This document shows positions 22,767 to 37,700 of a stretch of DNA of 64,000 nt, piece after piece. The notes below the pieces were generated by a model. That model did no database searches. It saw only the letters and a program-made list of their open reading frames with translations, and was not told the DNA's origin. Source of the DNA: Macrostomum hystrix. Lineage: Eukaryota; Animalia; Platyhelminthes. The position numbers were made by a program, and so were the translations under genes. The stretch is from contig CATNEN010000001.1 in the NCBI GenBank assembly GCA_950097015.1, positions 16,120,001 to 16,184,000 of the forward strand, written 5' to 3'. Within the stretch, counting starts at the first letter, position 1, and every line of letters begins with the position of its first letter.

Positions 22767-25700
22767 TCAACAGTTTGAGCGGTTCAGCTCCGGAGAAGAT
22801 TTTCCGGACGGCGGTTGGATGAGGATCTGCGGAGTGCCCGGCGACAGCAGCGGATCGGACTCGGGACGCGCGTTCCTGGGGACAGAATTCGATTAATAAA
22901 ATCTGAGAACTTATCTGAGAACTGCTCAAACTTAATCTGAGAACTGCTCAAACTTATCTGAGAGCTGCTTAAACTTATCTGAGAACTGCTCAAACTTAAT
23001 CTGAGAACTGCTCAAACTTATCTGAGAACTGCTCAAACTTAATCTGAGAACTGCTCAAATTTAATCTGAGAACTGCTCAAACTTAATCTGAGAACTGCTC
23101 AAACTTATCTGAGAACTGCTCAAGCTTAATCTGAGAACTGCTCAAACTTATCTGAGAACTGCTCAAGCTTAATCTGAGAACTGCTCAAACTTATCTGAGA
23201 ACTGCTTAAACTAACCAAAAAACTGGTTAAACTTATCTGAGAATTGCTCAAACTAATCCAAGAACTGCTCAAACTTAATCTGAGAGAACTGCTTAAACTT
23301 GATCGGAGAGAACTGCTCAAACTCATCTGAGATCTGCTCAAACTAATCCTGAAGAACTGCTCAAACTAATCCTGCAGAGCTGCTCAAACTAATCCTGAAG
23401 AGCTGCTCAAACTAATCCTGAAGGACTGCTTAAACTAATCAAAGAAGCTTTACAAGCAGATCAACCAGTACTCACTTCTCATGATTGTTCGTAGGCAGCC
23501 GGTTATGAATTCCTTCTCTGCCTTCGGAGACGCTGTGTTTTCCGCCAGCACGGGCAGTCTCGTCGGCCACATTAAAGGTCACCACAACAGGCTTCTTCGT
23601 GCCGCTATTAGGCGGAGCAACTTTGACCTCTTTGTCATCCAGAATTTCATCAGCTGCTAGGCTGTTAGACTTATCAGCAGAGTCTGGCTTGCAAGACTGG
23701 CACAGAGTTATGGGCGGCATTATATCGTCAAGCCATTTCAGCTCGCTAGTGGTGAACATGTAGTTTAGGGCCCAGCGAACGAAGCACATTGCCAGCACCA
23801 TGATTGGGAACAGGATGGAGATCTGCGAGATCGCCTTCACAACCCACAGCAGCGCCAGGCAGGCCACCTGAATTATGGTGAACTTGTGCACCTGTAATAT
23901 CCTCACGTGCCTGCAAATTAAGGGATAATACAGGAAGAGAACTGTTGATAAATACAAAGATATTAATCAGGGATAAAAGTTAAGGAATAATCTACCCTTA
24001 CTAGATTATAAGGATAAAGAATGTAAGGAACCAACCAGCCACAAGCTCTACCCACCCTGGCACGGGTGGGTAGGTTGGGGTGGGTCACCTACTACCGACC
24101 CAACCCCCTCCACAGACCCTACCAACCCCGACACCCACCCCACCCAGCCAGCCAATCAGCGAGCTGCGCCAGAGTCAAGCAATTTCCTTCTACTAATAAT
24201 CTAGGATTAATATAAGAGATTATCTGGGATAAGGAGTAGTGAATTATCAGGGACACACTACGCGTCATATAGGATAATCAGGGATATTTTAGACTTAGAA
24301 AAAAGTAGATTCTCACCTGAGGAAGATGTAGTCTGGCTGGTACTTCTGCGGCATGAACATCAGGCCCACCCGCTGCACCAGCTGCACACCCTTTAGGCTG
24401 GAAATGCCCATGAACAGAAACACTCCGTACAGCACAGGCATGGGAATGTACTTCAGCACCGGCGTCAGGAACACCGACAGGCCGATGAGCAGGAAGATCA
24501 GGAAGCCGGTGACACGGTTCTCACTGCAATGCGCCAAATGAAGTTAGGGTGATAACGAACACGTGCCAAAATGAGTCGGCCTCTTTACTTAAATTTCAGG
24601 CAAACATGAACCTAAAAAGCTAGCGATTAAATCACTAGTCTAACAGGTGAGGCATTACTCTAACAGGTGAGGCATTAGTCTAACAGGTGAGGCATTAGTC
24701 TAACAGGTGAGGCATTAGTCTAACAGGTGAGGCATTAGTCTAACTGGTGAGGCATTAGTCTAACAGGTGAGGCATTAGTCTAACAAGTGAGGCATTAGTC
24801 TAACAGGTGAGGCATTAGTCTAACTGGTGAGGCATTAGTCTAACAGGTGAGGCATTAGTCTAACTGGTGAGGCATTAGTCTAACAGGTGAGGCATTAGTC
24901 TAACAAGTGAGGCATTAGTCTAACAAGTGAGGCATTAGTCTAACAGTTCACTCACCGGCAGCCCAGAAACTTGGGTCTCTCGCCCGGCGCGCTAGTCTCG
25001 CTCTCTATCTTCAAGGCGATGACGTGATTGATTGACAGCACGGTGGCGGCCACAAACCAGGGAATGCCCAGAACAGAATTAATGCCAATAAGCAGGGCCA
25101 CAATGAGCAGGTCCAGGTGATAGCCGAGGCCCTTCTTAAGCTTGTTCTCCTTGCGGTTGACGATAACGGCCGTGATCTGTTGGTCCATGAAGATCAGGAT
25201 GGTGGCCAGTAAGGCTGGGAGCAGTGCCAGGGGAATAGAATACCAGGGATTCTGATCCCTGGCACCGAAGGCGGGCACAATCCAGCCCCTAGTCTCGTAG
25301 CCCAGGGTTGGCGAGAAAGTCTCAGGCACTTGCAGCTTCGGCGTCTGCAAGCCCACGAGCAGGTCCAGGGCTGTCATAGCAACGATGGCCAGCATGACGG
25401 CAAAGTCGCTAATCAGAGCGCGAACTCGATTAGGAAAGAATGCCGAGTTTCTCATCAGCTTCATGCCATAGCTGAGCACAAAGGTGCCAATACTGAGCAG
25501 GCAGGAGAAGAAAAACACGTCCGGTACAGCGAACTGATCGCAGCCGCTGCCCTCCCACTGGCCACCGTGTGAGCTGCACAGCTTCTTGTTCTTGTACCAG
25601 TCCCAGTCATAGTAGGGAATGACAGAATGATCCACATAGTACAACCCATCCGAGTCATTGTAGCTGGGAATGCGTAGTTGCTGACCCTGCTTCAGTGGCT

Positions 25701-28700
25701 CAGACTTATTTTGTCCAGGCTTGAGCACACACGTGCAATTTAGATCCAGCATGTAAGTTGGATTCCAGTTGGAATTCACTGGGTAGGCCTTGAGAATGTT
25801 GCTCAGCTTTTTGAAGGCTTCAAATATGAAGATCAGAGCGATGAGGCTAGCGAAAGACTCTTCCGTGAATCTGGTGATGTACCTGATGGTTGGGGTGGGG
25901 CATTGCTCAAACGGATGTCTGACACAATCTGACATGGATGGTCTGACACAATCTGACTGCATTGTCTGACACAATCTGACTGGAATGTCTGACACAATCT
26001 GACTGGATTATCTGACACAAACTGACTAGAATGTCTGACACAATCTGACTGGATTATCTGACACAATCTGACAGGATTGTCTGACACAATCTGACAGGAT
26101 TGTCTGACACAAACTGACTGGATTATCTGACACAATCTGACAGGATTGTCTGACACAATCTGACTGGATTATCTGACACAATCTGACTCGATTGTCTGAC
26201 ACAATCTGACTGGATTATCTGACACAATCTGACAGGATTGTCTGACACAATCTGACTGGATTATCTGACACAATCTGACATGGATGGTCTGACACAATCT
26301 GACTGGATTATCTGACACAATCTGACATGGATGGTCTGACACAATCTGACTGGATTGTCTGACACAAACTGACTGGAAAGTCTGACACAAACTGACTGGA
26401 TTATCTGACACAATATGACTGGATTATCTGACACAATCTGACAGGATTGTCTGACACAATCTGACAGGATTGTCTGACATAAACTGACTGGATTATCTGA
26501 CACAATCTGACAGGATTGTCTGACACAATCTGACTGGATTATCTGACACAATCTGACTCGATTGTCTGACACAATCTGACTGGATTATCTGACACAATCT
26601 GACAGGATTGTCTGACACAATCTGACTGGATTATCTGACACAATCTGACATGGATGGTCTGACACAATCTGACTGGATTATCTGACACAATCTGACATGG
26701 ATGGTCTGACACAATCTGACTGGATTATCTGACACAATCTGACATGGATGGTCTGACACAATCTGACTGGATTGTCTGACACAAACTGACTGGAAAGTCT
26801 GACACAAACTGACTGGATTATCTGACACAAACTGACTGTATTATCTGACACAATCTGACTGGATTGTCTGACAGAAACAGAATCTGACTGGAATGTCTGA
26901 CTGAACATGCGACTCACTTGACTAATGCGCTCAGATCGAATGCCACAAACAGCAGTAGTATAACAAATATCCACATTCCAATCCACAGCCGGAAAGATAG
27001 ATAATCCCAGCCGAGCGTACCCTTGCAGAATTTGTATATGATGGATTCGAACACTAGCACCGGACCGGTAGAGCCTGGGTTAGAAAATCAGAAATGAGCG
27101 GCCGATATGTTTCGAAAAGTATATAGTAACAAAATTATTGGCCTAAATTAATATCCGATATGTATCGAAAAGTGTATGTTAAATACAGCCAAAAATCCCA
27201 CCGAGAATCGTGAGCGGCTGTCCAGAGAACAGAGCGTACAGAATGCCGCAGATGGCGCCAGACAGAATGGACTCCATTGTGCCCAGGTAGCCCTCGGTTT
27301 CGTCAGAAAGCAGGCCGCCGAATGTAATGATCGGAGTCAGGCAGGCGAAGTAGAGAAAAAAGAAGGCGCCAATGGTTTGCACGTGAATTGCGTCGCGAAA
27401 ATCTGACAGATAAAATGGCGCCTTGCGTTTGACATCTTCGATCAGGCCGCCAAACAGGCGACCAGTGATGCGCAGAGACGGGTTAATGTGGCAATACTCG
27501 TCGTGAGCTGTTGTACTGTCCCCGTTGCCTCCAGGACCAGTAGGCTGGTCACCGTTGTCACCGGCTCCAGCAGCCCCAGTCATTGCTTCGTGCGATACGA
27601 GCGCTGCCGGAACAGCTAAACAATAAGAATTCACGATTAAAACATTTTTCTATGGCATTTTTATAACTAGCCTACTGACAATCTACTAAGTAAGTAGTTC
27701 AGTTAGGAAATTTGCTTCGACTTTTTATGTAAGCTAAAAAATGCAGCTTACAAGCCGAACTGCTCAGTAGAGCTGTGGAGGCGCTGACGGGCACGGAGGA
27801 GCCCTGCTTGCGCAGCTCCTGTGATGGCACCTCTTTTGGCGGCTCGATTCGAATGGAAGGATCCCATTCGTTTGGCGGCAGGACAGTGCAGGACTTGAGA
27901 AATTCGTCTACACCACACAGAAGGTCGTCCTATCAATGGAGCAAGGGCCGGACTTATACTATTGGGTTTGCGGGTGATAATGGAGTCTGAATTCTGCTAA
28001 GGATTGTGAAGTGAGGTCACATGACCCTCCGAGGAGTGCTAAAGAGGTCTTATGACCCCTCAGAGAAATGTCAGATGCCAGATGACCCCTGAGAGCTATG
28101 CTAAAAAGGTCGCATGATCCTAGAGATTGCGAAAGAGGTCTCATAATTCCTCAGAGTGCGAAAGAGGTTACATGACCCTGAAGAGGTTACATGACCCTGA
28201 AGAGGCTATATGACCCTGAAGAGGTTACATGACCCTGAAGAGGTTACATGACCCTGAAGAGGTTACATGACCCTGAAGAGGTTACATGACCCTGAAGAGG
28301 TTACATGACCTTGAAGAGGCTATATGACCCTGAAGAGGTTACATAAAACTGAAGAGGCTATATGACCCTGAAGAGGTTACATGAACCTGAAGAGGCTATA
28401 TGACCCTGAAGAGGTTACATGAACCTGAAGAGGCTATATGACCCTGAAGAGGTTACATGAACCTGAAGAGGCTATATGACCCTGAAGAGGTTACATGAAA
28501 CTGAAGAGGCTATATGACCCTGAAGAGGTTACATGAACCTGAAGAGGCTATATAACCTTGAAGAGGTTACATGAACCTGAAGAGGCTATATGACCCTGAA
28601 GAGGTTACATGAACCTGAAGAGGCTATATGACCCTGAAGAGATTACATGACCCTGAAGAGGCTATATGACCCTGAAGAGGTTACATGACCCTGAAGAGGT

Positions 28701-31700
28701 TACATGACCCTGAAGAGGTTACATGACCCTGAAGAGGTTACATGACCCCAAAGAAGTGCTAAAGAGGTCACGTGACCCCTCAGAAAGGAGCTTAAGAGGT
28801 CTCATGACCCCTGAAAGGAGTGTGCATTTCAGGAGGGACGCACCTTGCTCTTGGCCAGATAAGCCACATCGTGAAAGACCTCATCGGACATGAGGGTGGC
28901 CATGCTCCTGCCCATCTCACGGAAGTTGGCGCCCTGACCAGGCGGTCCGAGCAGCACGTAGATGAACCTAGTCGGCACCGGGACCTCCGTGAGGTCGCCG
29001 AGAAGGACGGCAGTTTTGAGTCGAATAAAAGCAGTGAGCGGCTGGTCTAGAAAGTCTGTGCTGCCAACCAAAATGTTGGAGGCCTCGGCCCCTGGCGGTA
29101 TTTTTTTCATAAAGTGCTGATCAAATCGGTAGCTGCTTGCCGAAGCTGTCAATTCTGGCCCGGAGGCACCCGCCTGCTGCTGCGACTCAATGTCATTCCT
29201 GCTGCTGTCAATGTGTCTCAGGTTACCAGAGGACGGATGACTGGCGTCTGCGGTGTTAAGTGTGTTCAATTGATGCGTCTGATTTGCAGACAACAGTGAC
29301 AGGGTGGCTGTGGCCCATTGGTTAGAGCTTGGACCAGTTACCGAGGGGTCAGGGGTTCGATTCTCAGCCCGGGCAATTTGAGTGCAATTCGCCCTAAATA
29401 AGCAATACGCTCAATTGCTTCGGTTCTGACTCCTCAAAACTAACTGGGAACTGCTCAAACTATCCTGATAACTGCCCAAAATAACATGGAGAACTGCTCA
29501 AACTAACCTGATAACTGCCCAAAATAACATGGAGAACTGCTCAAACTAACGAGAGAACTGCTTAAACTAACGAGAGAACTGCTCAAACTAATGAGAGAAC
29601 TGCTCCAACTAATGAGAGAACTGCTCAAACTAATGAGAGAACTGCTCAAACTAATGAGAGAACTGCTCAAACTAATGAGAGAACTGCTCAAACTAATGAG
29701 AGAACTGCTCCAACTAACGAGATAACTGCTCCAACTAATGAGAGAACTGATCCAACTAATGAGAGAACTGCTCAAACTAATGAGAGAACTGCTCCAACTA
29801 ACGAGAGAACTGCTCCAACTAATGAAAGAACTGCTCCAACTAACGAGAGAACTGATCCAACTAATGAGAGAACTGCTCTAACTAACGAGAGAACTGATCC
29901 AACTAATGAGAGAACTGCTCCAACTAATGAGAGAACTGATCCAACTAATGAGAGAACTGCTCAAACTAACGGATTTGAATAAACAGACAAACCTGACCCC
30001 ACCTCTGTCCAGATCTCGAGAAGAGAATTTCTTTCCAATATCAGCAAAGCTGCGAATCTTGGCACCCAGGTTGCCCCTGGACTTTCTCTCGTGCAGGTGC
30101 AGATGCCGTTTCAGAAGCACGTCCTTGACTTGGTCCCTCAGATCGGTGTCTAATTTGCGTTTTTGAACCAACCGATCTAGGAGTAGGTCGCTTATGGATT
30201 CCATTGTTTGGCCCTCGCATTCCAGCATGATTTCGCCTGCGGAGTTGCAATAATGAGTAATATTGTAACTCAAAGCCCATCGTTATATAATAATGTAAGT
30301 TATCTCGTTTCCGATCAGCTCACCGTGGTATATAGAGTTCCGAACTTCAAATAGAGCAAACAGACTCAGGGTGGCCACGTGCGGCTTGGACCAGCGCTCG
30401 CCGCCCTCTTCAACATCCTCTTCGAATTTGATCCATCGGGCAGTCTCCTTCCACTGCAAATCGCCTGCGAGATTTAATTGGACCATTGTTTACTGTACAT
30501 CAGCTTCAGTTATATGACCTGAGAATTCAATATAATTTTGCAATATCTGGACTGGGTTTTATATCCGGTTGGCTGGGAGTGAGTGTACACTGGGGTAGGG
30601 ATTTGGGGTTGGCTGGGAGTGAGTGTACACTGGGGTAGGGATTTAGGTTTGGCTGGGAGTGAGTGTACACTGGGGTAGGGATTTAGGTTTGGCTGGGAGT
30701 GAGAGTACACTGGGGTAGGGATTTAGGTTTGGCTGGGAGTGAGTGTACACTGGGGTAGGGATTTAGGTTTGGCTGGGAGTGAGAGTACACTGGGGTAGGG
30801 ATTTAGGTTTGGCTGGGAGTGAGTGTACACTGGGGTAGGGATTTAGGTTTGGCTGGGAGTGAGAGTACACTGGGGTAGGGATTTAGGTTTGGCTGGGAGT
30901 GAGTGTACACTGGGGTAGGGATTTAGGTTTGGCTGGGAGTGAGTGTACACTGGGGTAGGGATTTAGGTTTGGCTGGGAGTGAGTGTACACTGGGGTAGGG
31001 ATTTAGGTTTGGCTGGGAGTCAGTGTACACTGGGGTAGGGATTTAGGTTTGGCTGGGAGTGAGTGTACACTGGGGTAGGGATTTAGGCTTGGCTGGGAGT
31101 GAGAGTACACTGGGTTAGGGAGTTAAAGTTGGGGGGAGTGACTGTACACTGGGGTAGGGAGTTAAAGTTGGGGGGAGTGATTGTACACTGGGGGTAGGGG
31201 AGTTAATGTACGATGAGGGAAAGGAGTGGGGTTGGTAAGGAGTGAGTGTACACTAAGGGGTAGGCGCACAACAACAGGTCATTTTCCAACTAAGAACACA
31301 GCATAGATGCAAATGTTGAGTCTAAACTGTATCACAAGAATTTGAGCAATCACTCAAGCAATCATAGATAATTGATCATTAATTAATGCCAACCAAATCA
31401 AACAATGACGTTGCTTGCAGTGGAAAGCAACTTTTAGTATACGGTCTTGTCTTGAAAGCGAATTGGCTTTCAAATATAAACCTAAGAACTAATTATGGAA
31501 ATAGGAAAACTAAAAGACACATTGTTGGGACATCCGAATTAATAGCTACTATAATATCAGTTAAAATGAGTTTGTATAAAGGATGCTTGCTTTTTAGTAA
31601 GAATTAATAATGTATTTATTATAACTATGGGACTAAGACTAACTAACCTAGTGGTTAAGTACTATTTTTTCGATTTTAATCAATTGAAATGTAGATAATT

Positions 31701-34700
31701 TTGTATTAAAAGGGGTCTCATACGCAATACTACTAACAGTATGAAAACGAGCAAGTTCCAAACAAAAAAAACGATATTTACGAAAAAAAATTGAATAGGC
31801 GCGACTGATTAGTTGCAAATAAATTAGTACGTGCTATTCTTCGATATTAATAAATTTGATATCTATTAGTACAAACCTTTTAGCCTTGGTCAAATAGCAA
31901 CTGAAAAAATCATGGAACAGACACTTCAACCATACATTGCTTACTTTAGCGCAGTCGAAAAAACCTAGTTAACTAGTATCACTATATTACTAAGCACATA
32001 TACATTTAGATTAAGGCAAGCAAGTAAGCAAAGGCGGTAAAATGTTTACTCTTTTTTCAAATAGGAAAACAAAAAACGCTGATAGTCAATGCATTAAAAT
32101 GTAACCATTGGGCTGGAATGAAATGGCAATGGCCGGAATAAAGTGAACATGGCGCCTTTAAGTTCAACAATGACTCACTAACAGCCAGAAAAATTATTTT
32201 TGCATGAAATTAACTCGGGCAATAACAAACGCCTGATATCTTTTGATTATATCACTTTACCCTAACCCTCTCTGAATTCAAGTTCTATTTGTCAAAACCC
32301 AAAGGCTATATTTTGACTCCACATCTATATCTCCATCCCACTTGTCTTTCCACCCTACCTGTCTTTCTGCCCCACGTATCTTTCTACCCCACCTGTCTTT
32401 CCACCCTACCTATCTTTCTACTCCACGTATCTTTCTGCCCCACCTGTCTTTCAGCACCATGTCTTTCTTCCCCACCTGTCTTTCTTCCCTACGTGTCTTT
32501 TCACCCTACCTGTATTGCTACCCTACCTGTCTTTTCACCCTACCTGTATTTCTACCCTACCTGTCTTTTCACCCCACCTGTATTTCTACCCTACCTGTCT
32601 TTTCACCCTACCTGTATTGCTACCCCACCTGTCTTTTCACCCTACCTGTATTGCTACCCTACCTGTCTTTTCACCCTACCTGTCTTTTCACCCTACCTGT
32701 ATTGCTACCCCACCTGTCTTTTCACCCTACCTGTATTGCTACCCTACCTTTCTTTTCACCCTACCTGTATTGCTACCCCACCTGTCTTTTCACCCTACCT
32801 GTATTGCTACCCTACCTGTCTTTTCACCCTACCTGTCTTTTCACCCTACCTGTATTTCTACCCTACCTGTCTTTTCACCCTACCTGTATTTCTACCCTAC
32901 CTGTCTTTTCACCCTACCTGTATTTCTACCCTACCTGTCTTTTCACCCTACCTGTATTGCTACCCTACCTGTCTTTTCACCCTACCTGTATTGCTACCCT
33001 ACCTGTCTTTTCACCCTACCTGTATTGCTACCCTACCTGTATTTTCACCCTACCTGTATTGCTACCCTACCTGTCTTTTCACCCTACCTGTATTGCTACC
33101 CTACCTGTCTTTTCACCCTACCTGTATTGCTACCCTACCTGTCTTTTCACCCTACCTGTATTGCTACCCTACCTGTCTTTTCACCCTACCTGTCTTTTCA
33201 CCCTACCTGTATTGCTACCCCACCTGTCTTTTCACCCTACCTGTATTTCTACCCTACCTGTCTTTTCACCCTACCTGTATTTCAAGCACACCTACTAACG
33301 GCATGCTAATACTACATAGCAGCTAATATAAAAAACTGCCTCACCTGCATCGTCAGACTTAAACAGCTCGTCCATCTCGCAGAAGACCGGGTGCACTTCG
33401 GCTTCTTCACAGCCGCCACCGCCGCCTTCATCATCGTCCTGATTGCCTAGGAGAAACTGTACTCTGACGGACGGATCCATTGCTGAGTTGCTTTGCATTG
33501 CCGCACCTTTACAAATTTTTGGAGTTAAAAATTAACTAATTGATACTCCGAAACTTGCTTGAAATGAATATGTTTACCAGATTCAAAACAAAACAAGTAA
33601 AACTAAAAGAAAGAAAGCCTTGTTTGCGTTCTCTCAGTGGGATTTTAAAAGTACAAACTCACAACAGAGTACCTAGACGGACGAGATTATAGTTCAATAC
33701 TACTGACTAAACTGAATAGTTATGGTGGAATGAGTGACATCTGCAATGATATACTGGATAAGGCAGTGAGATATACAATGAGATACTGGATAAGACAGTG
33801 AGATATGCAATGAGATACTGGGTAAGACAGTGAGATATGCAATGAGATACTGGATAAGACAGTGAGATATGCAATGAGATACAGGATAAGACAGTGAGAT
33901 ATGCAATGAGATACTGGGTAAGACAGTGAGATATGCAATGAGATACTGGATATGACAGTGAGATATGCAATGAGATACTGGATAAGACAGTGAGATATGC
34001 AATGAGATACTGGATATGACAGTGAGATATGCAATGAGATACTGGATAAGACAGTGAGATATGCAATGAGATACTGGATATGACAGTGAGATATGCAATG
34101 AGATACTGGATAAGACAGTGAGATATGCAATGAGATACTGGATAAGACAGTGAGATATGCAATGAGATACTGGGTAAGACAGTGAGATATGCAATGAGAT
34201 ACTGGATAAGACAGTGAGATATGCAATGAGATACTGGATAAGACAGTGAGATATGCAATGAGATACTGGATAAGACAGTGAGATATGCAATGAGATACTG
34301 GATATGACAGTGAGATATGCAATGAGATACTGGATAAGACAGTGAGATATGCAATGAGATACTGGATATGACAGTGAGATATGCAGTGAGATACTGGATA
34401 AGACAGTGAGATATGCAATGAGATACTGGATAAGACAGTGAGATATGCAGTGAGATACTGGATAAGACAGTGAGATATGCAATGAGATACTGGATAAGGC
34501 AGTGAGATATGCAATGAGATACTGGATATGACAGTGAGATATGCAATGAGATACTGGATAAGACAGTGAGATATGCAATGAGATACTGGATATGACAGTG
34601 AGATATGCAGTGAGATACTGGATAAGACAGTGAGATATGCAGTGAGATACTGGATAAGACAGTGAGATATGCAATGAGATACTGGATAAGACAGTGACAT

Positions 34701-37700
34701 CTGCAATGAGATACTGGGTAAGACAGTGAGATATGCAATGAGATACTGGGTAAGACAGTGAGATATGCAATGAGATACTGGGTAAGACAGTGAGATATGC
34801 AATGAGATACTGGGTAAGACAGTGAGATATGCAATGAGATATGCAATGAGATACTGGATAAGACAGTGAGATATGCAATGAGATACTGGATAAGACAGTG
34901 AGATATGCAATGAGATACTGGATAAGACAGTGAGATATGCAATGAGATACTGGATAAGACAGTGAGATATGCAATGAGATACTGGGTAAGACAGTGAGAT
35001 ATGCAATGAGATACTGGATAAGACAGTGAGAAAAAGACCATAATGTGAGTTGATCTAAGCAAGCTAGTCATGCACTTAAGGTTTTTATCACAAAGTAGCT
35101 CGTACCGTTCTGTTGTCAAATTACCATGAAGTTAAAAGGCAATTAACCAACGTGGGCTCATGCATAATACATAAGAATTCTCTTGATACTGTATCAAGTA
35201 TAACATCAGCATCACGACAGTCACCAAAAGTTCAGCTGTGCATTGTTGAAACATTTCTCGCGCTTTTGGTTAAACGAATTGCTAATTTGTTGAAATACAA
35301 GCCGAGATTATTTCTAGGGCTATCCCTAAAATAATGTTCGCTGTTGTCTAAACTTTCTTGAGCACATTTTTGGCGAATTCCGTTAGTCTCCAACCATAAG
35401 AGAGACTATGAGAAGAGAGGTAATGACCAACCATAAGAGAGAATATGAGAAGAGAGGTAATGACCAACCATAAGAGAGACTATGAGAAGAGAGGTAATGA
35501 CCAAGCATAAGAGAGACTATGAGAAGAGAGGTAATGACCAACCATAAGAGAGACTATGGGAAGAAGGGTAATGACCAACCATAAGAGACTATGAGAAGAA
35601 GGGTAATGACCAACCATAAGAGAGACTATGGGAAGAAGGGTAATCACCAACCATAAGAGAGACTATGGGAAGAAGGGTAATCACCAACCATAAGAGAGAC
35701 TATGAGAAGAAGGGTAATGACCAACCATAAGAGAGACTATGGGAAGAAGGGTAATGACCAACCATAAGAGACTATGAGAAGAAGGGTAATGACCAACCAT
35801 AAGAGACTATGGGAAGAAGGGTAATGACCAACCATAAGAGAGACTATGAGAAGAAGGGTAATCACCAACCATAAGAGAGACTATGAGAAGAAGGGTAATG
35901 ACCAACCATAAGAGACTATGAGAAGAAGGGTAATGACCAACCATAAGAGAGACTATGAGAAGAAGGGTAATCACCAACCATAAGAGAGACTATGAGAAGA
36001 AGGGTAATGACCAACCATAAGAGAGACTATGAGAAGAAGGGTAATGACCAAGCATAAGAGAGACTATGAGAAGAAGGGTAATGACCAACCATAAGAGAGA
36101 CTATGAGAAGAAGGGTAATGACCAAGCATAAGAGAGACTATGAGAAGAGAGGTAACGACCAAGCATAAGAGAGACTATGAGAAGAGAGGTAATGACCAAA
36201 CATAAGAGAGACTATGAGAAGAGAGGTAATGACCAAACATAAGAGAGACTATGAGAAGAAGGGTAATGACCAAGCATAAGAGAGACTATGGGAAGAGAGG
36301 TAATGACCAACCATAAGAGAGACTATGGGAAGAGAGGTAATGACCAACCATAAGAGAGACTATGGGAAGAGAGGTAATGACCAACCATAAGAGAGACTAT
36401 GGGAAGAGAGGTAATGACCAACCATAAGAGAGACTATGAGAAGAAGGGTAATGACCAAGCATAAGAGAGACTATGAGAAGAAGGGAAATGACCAACCATA
36501 AGAGAGACTATGAGAAGAAGGGTAATGACCAACCATAAGAGAGACTATGAGAAGAAGGGTAATGACCAACCATAAGAGAGACTATGAGAAGAAGGGTAAT
36601 GACCAACCATAAGAGAGACTATGGGAAGAAGGGTAATGACCAACCATAAGAGACTATGAGAAGAAGGGTAATGACCATCCATAAGAGAGACTATGAGAAG
36701 AAGGGTAATGACCAACCATAAGAGACTATGAGAAGAAGGGTAATGACCAACCATAAGAGACTATGAGAAGAAGGGTAATGACCAACCATAAGAGAGACTA
36801 TGAGAAGAAGGGTAATGACCAACCATAAGAGAGACTATGAGAAGAAGGGTAATGACCAACCATAAGAGAGACTATGAGAAGAAGGGTAATGACCAACCAT
36901 AAGAGACTATGAGAAGAAGGGTAATGACCAACCATAAGAGACTATGAGAAGAAGGGTAATGACCAACCATAAGAGAGACTATGAGAAGAAGGGTAATGAC
37001 CAACCATAAGAGAGACTATGAGAAGAGGGGTAATGACCGTCCAAATGACATTAAAAAATTCTTTCTTTTAAAAAAATGAACTACAAAAAATTCAATACTT
37101 ATATGAGATTTCATATCTCACTAATACTAGATACAACCATGAGTACAACGTGCTCAGTAATTTTAGTAGATTAGCATGTTACTAAAAGTGCAATATAAAC
37201 TAAACAGTTTAACAGTACGAGTTAGTATATATATAATTAGCTATTTCGATTTCAGGCATTCATGCAACTATTTCTAAACTGTCAATGTGTGAGTTTACAT
37301 AAATACACTGTCTGAGATAATTTACTGCTTACTTAATTAAAATAAACCAGTATAAAATTATTGAATAAAACACTATACAACAAAAAACACATTTTTGAAG
37401 AAGAAACCGAAGGCCACCTTAATTAGTTAACTGTCAGCAACTGAACACACCAAAAACATCATAACGAAATTGGAAGCATTGTTACCTGATTTCACGTTAG
37501 TAACAAATTGGGCCAATTTGCTGAAGTCTTGAATTTAGAAACATGAAAAAGAGACCAGAAAATACTAAACAATAATGCAACGGAATTTCAAGTACAAAAT
37601 ACAGTCAACATAAGGTTGTTTAGATTATTGATTTTCGATTTGGTCATGGTCAATACCGACATAAATAGGAACTGAACAATGCAAGTAGATTTTCCAAAGA

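Noticed and set aside
29305-29380. tRNA gene candidates (also ~12370-12435, 13345-13405, 56290-56345)
   Set aside because: Only A/B boxes are recognisable; no intact cloverleaf, and most continue into a shared SINE body.
32289-35119. 300-470 aa hydrophobic repetitive ORFs
   Set aside because: Open in all three frames because the 17- and 32-bp units lack stops; located inside SLC4 introns.
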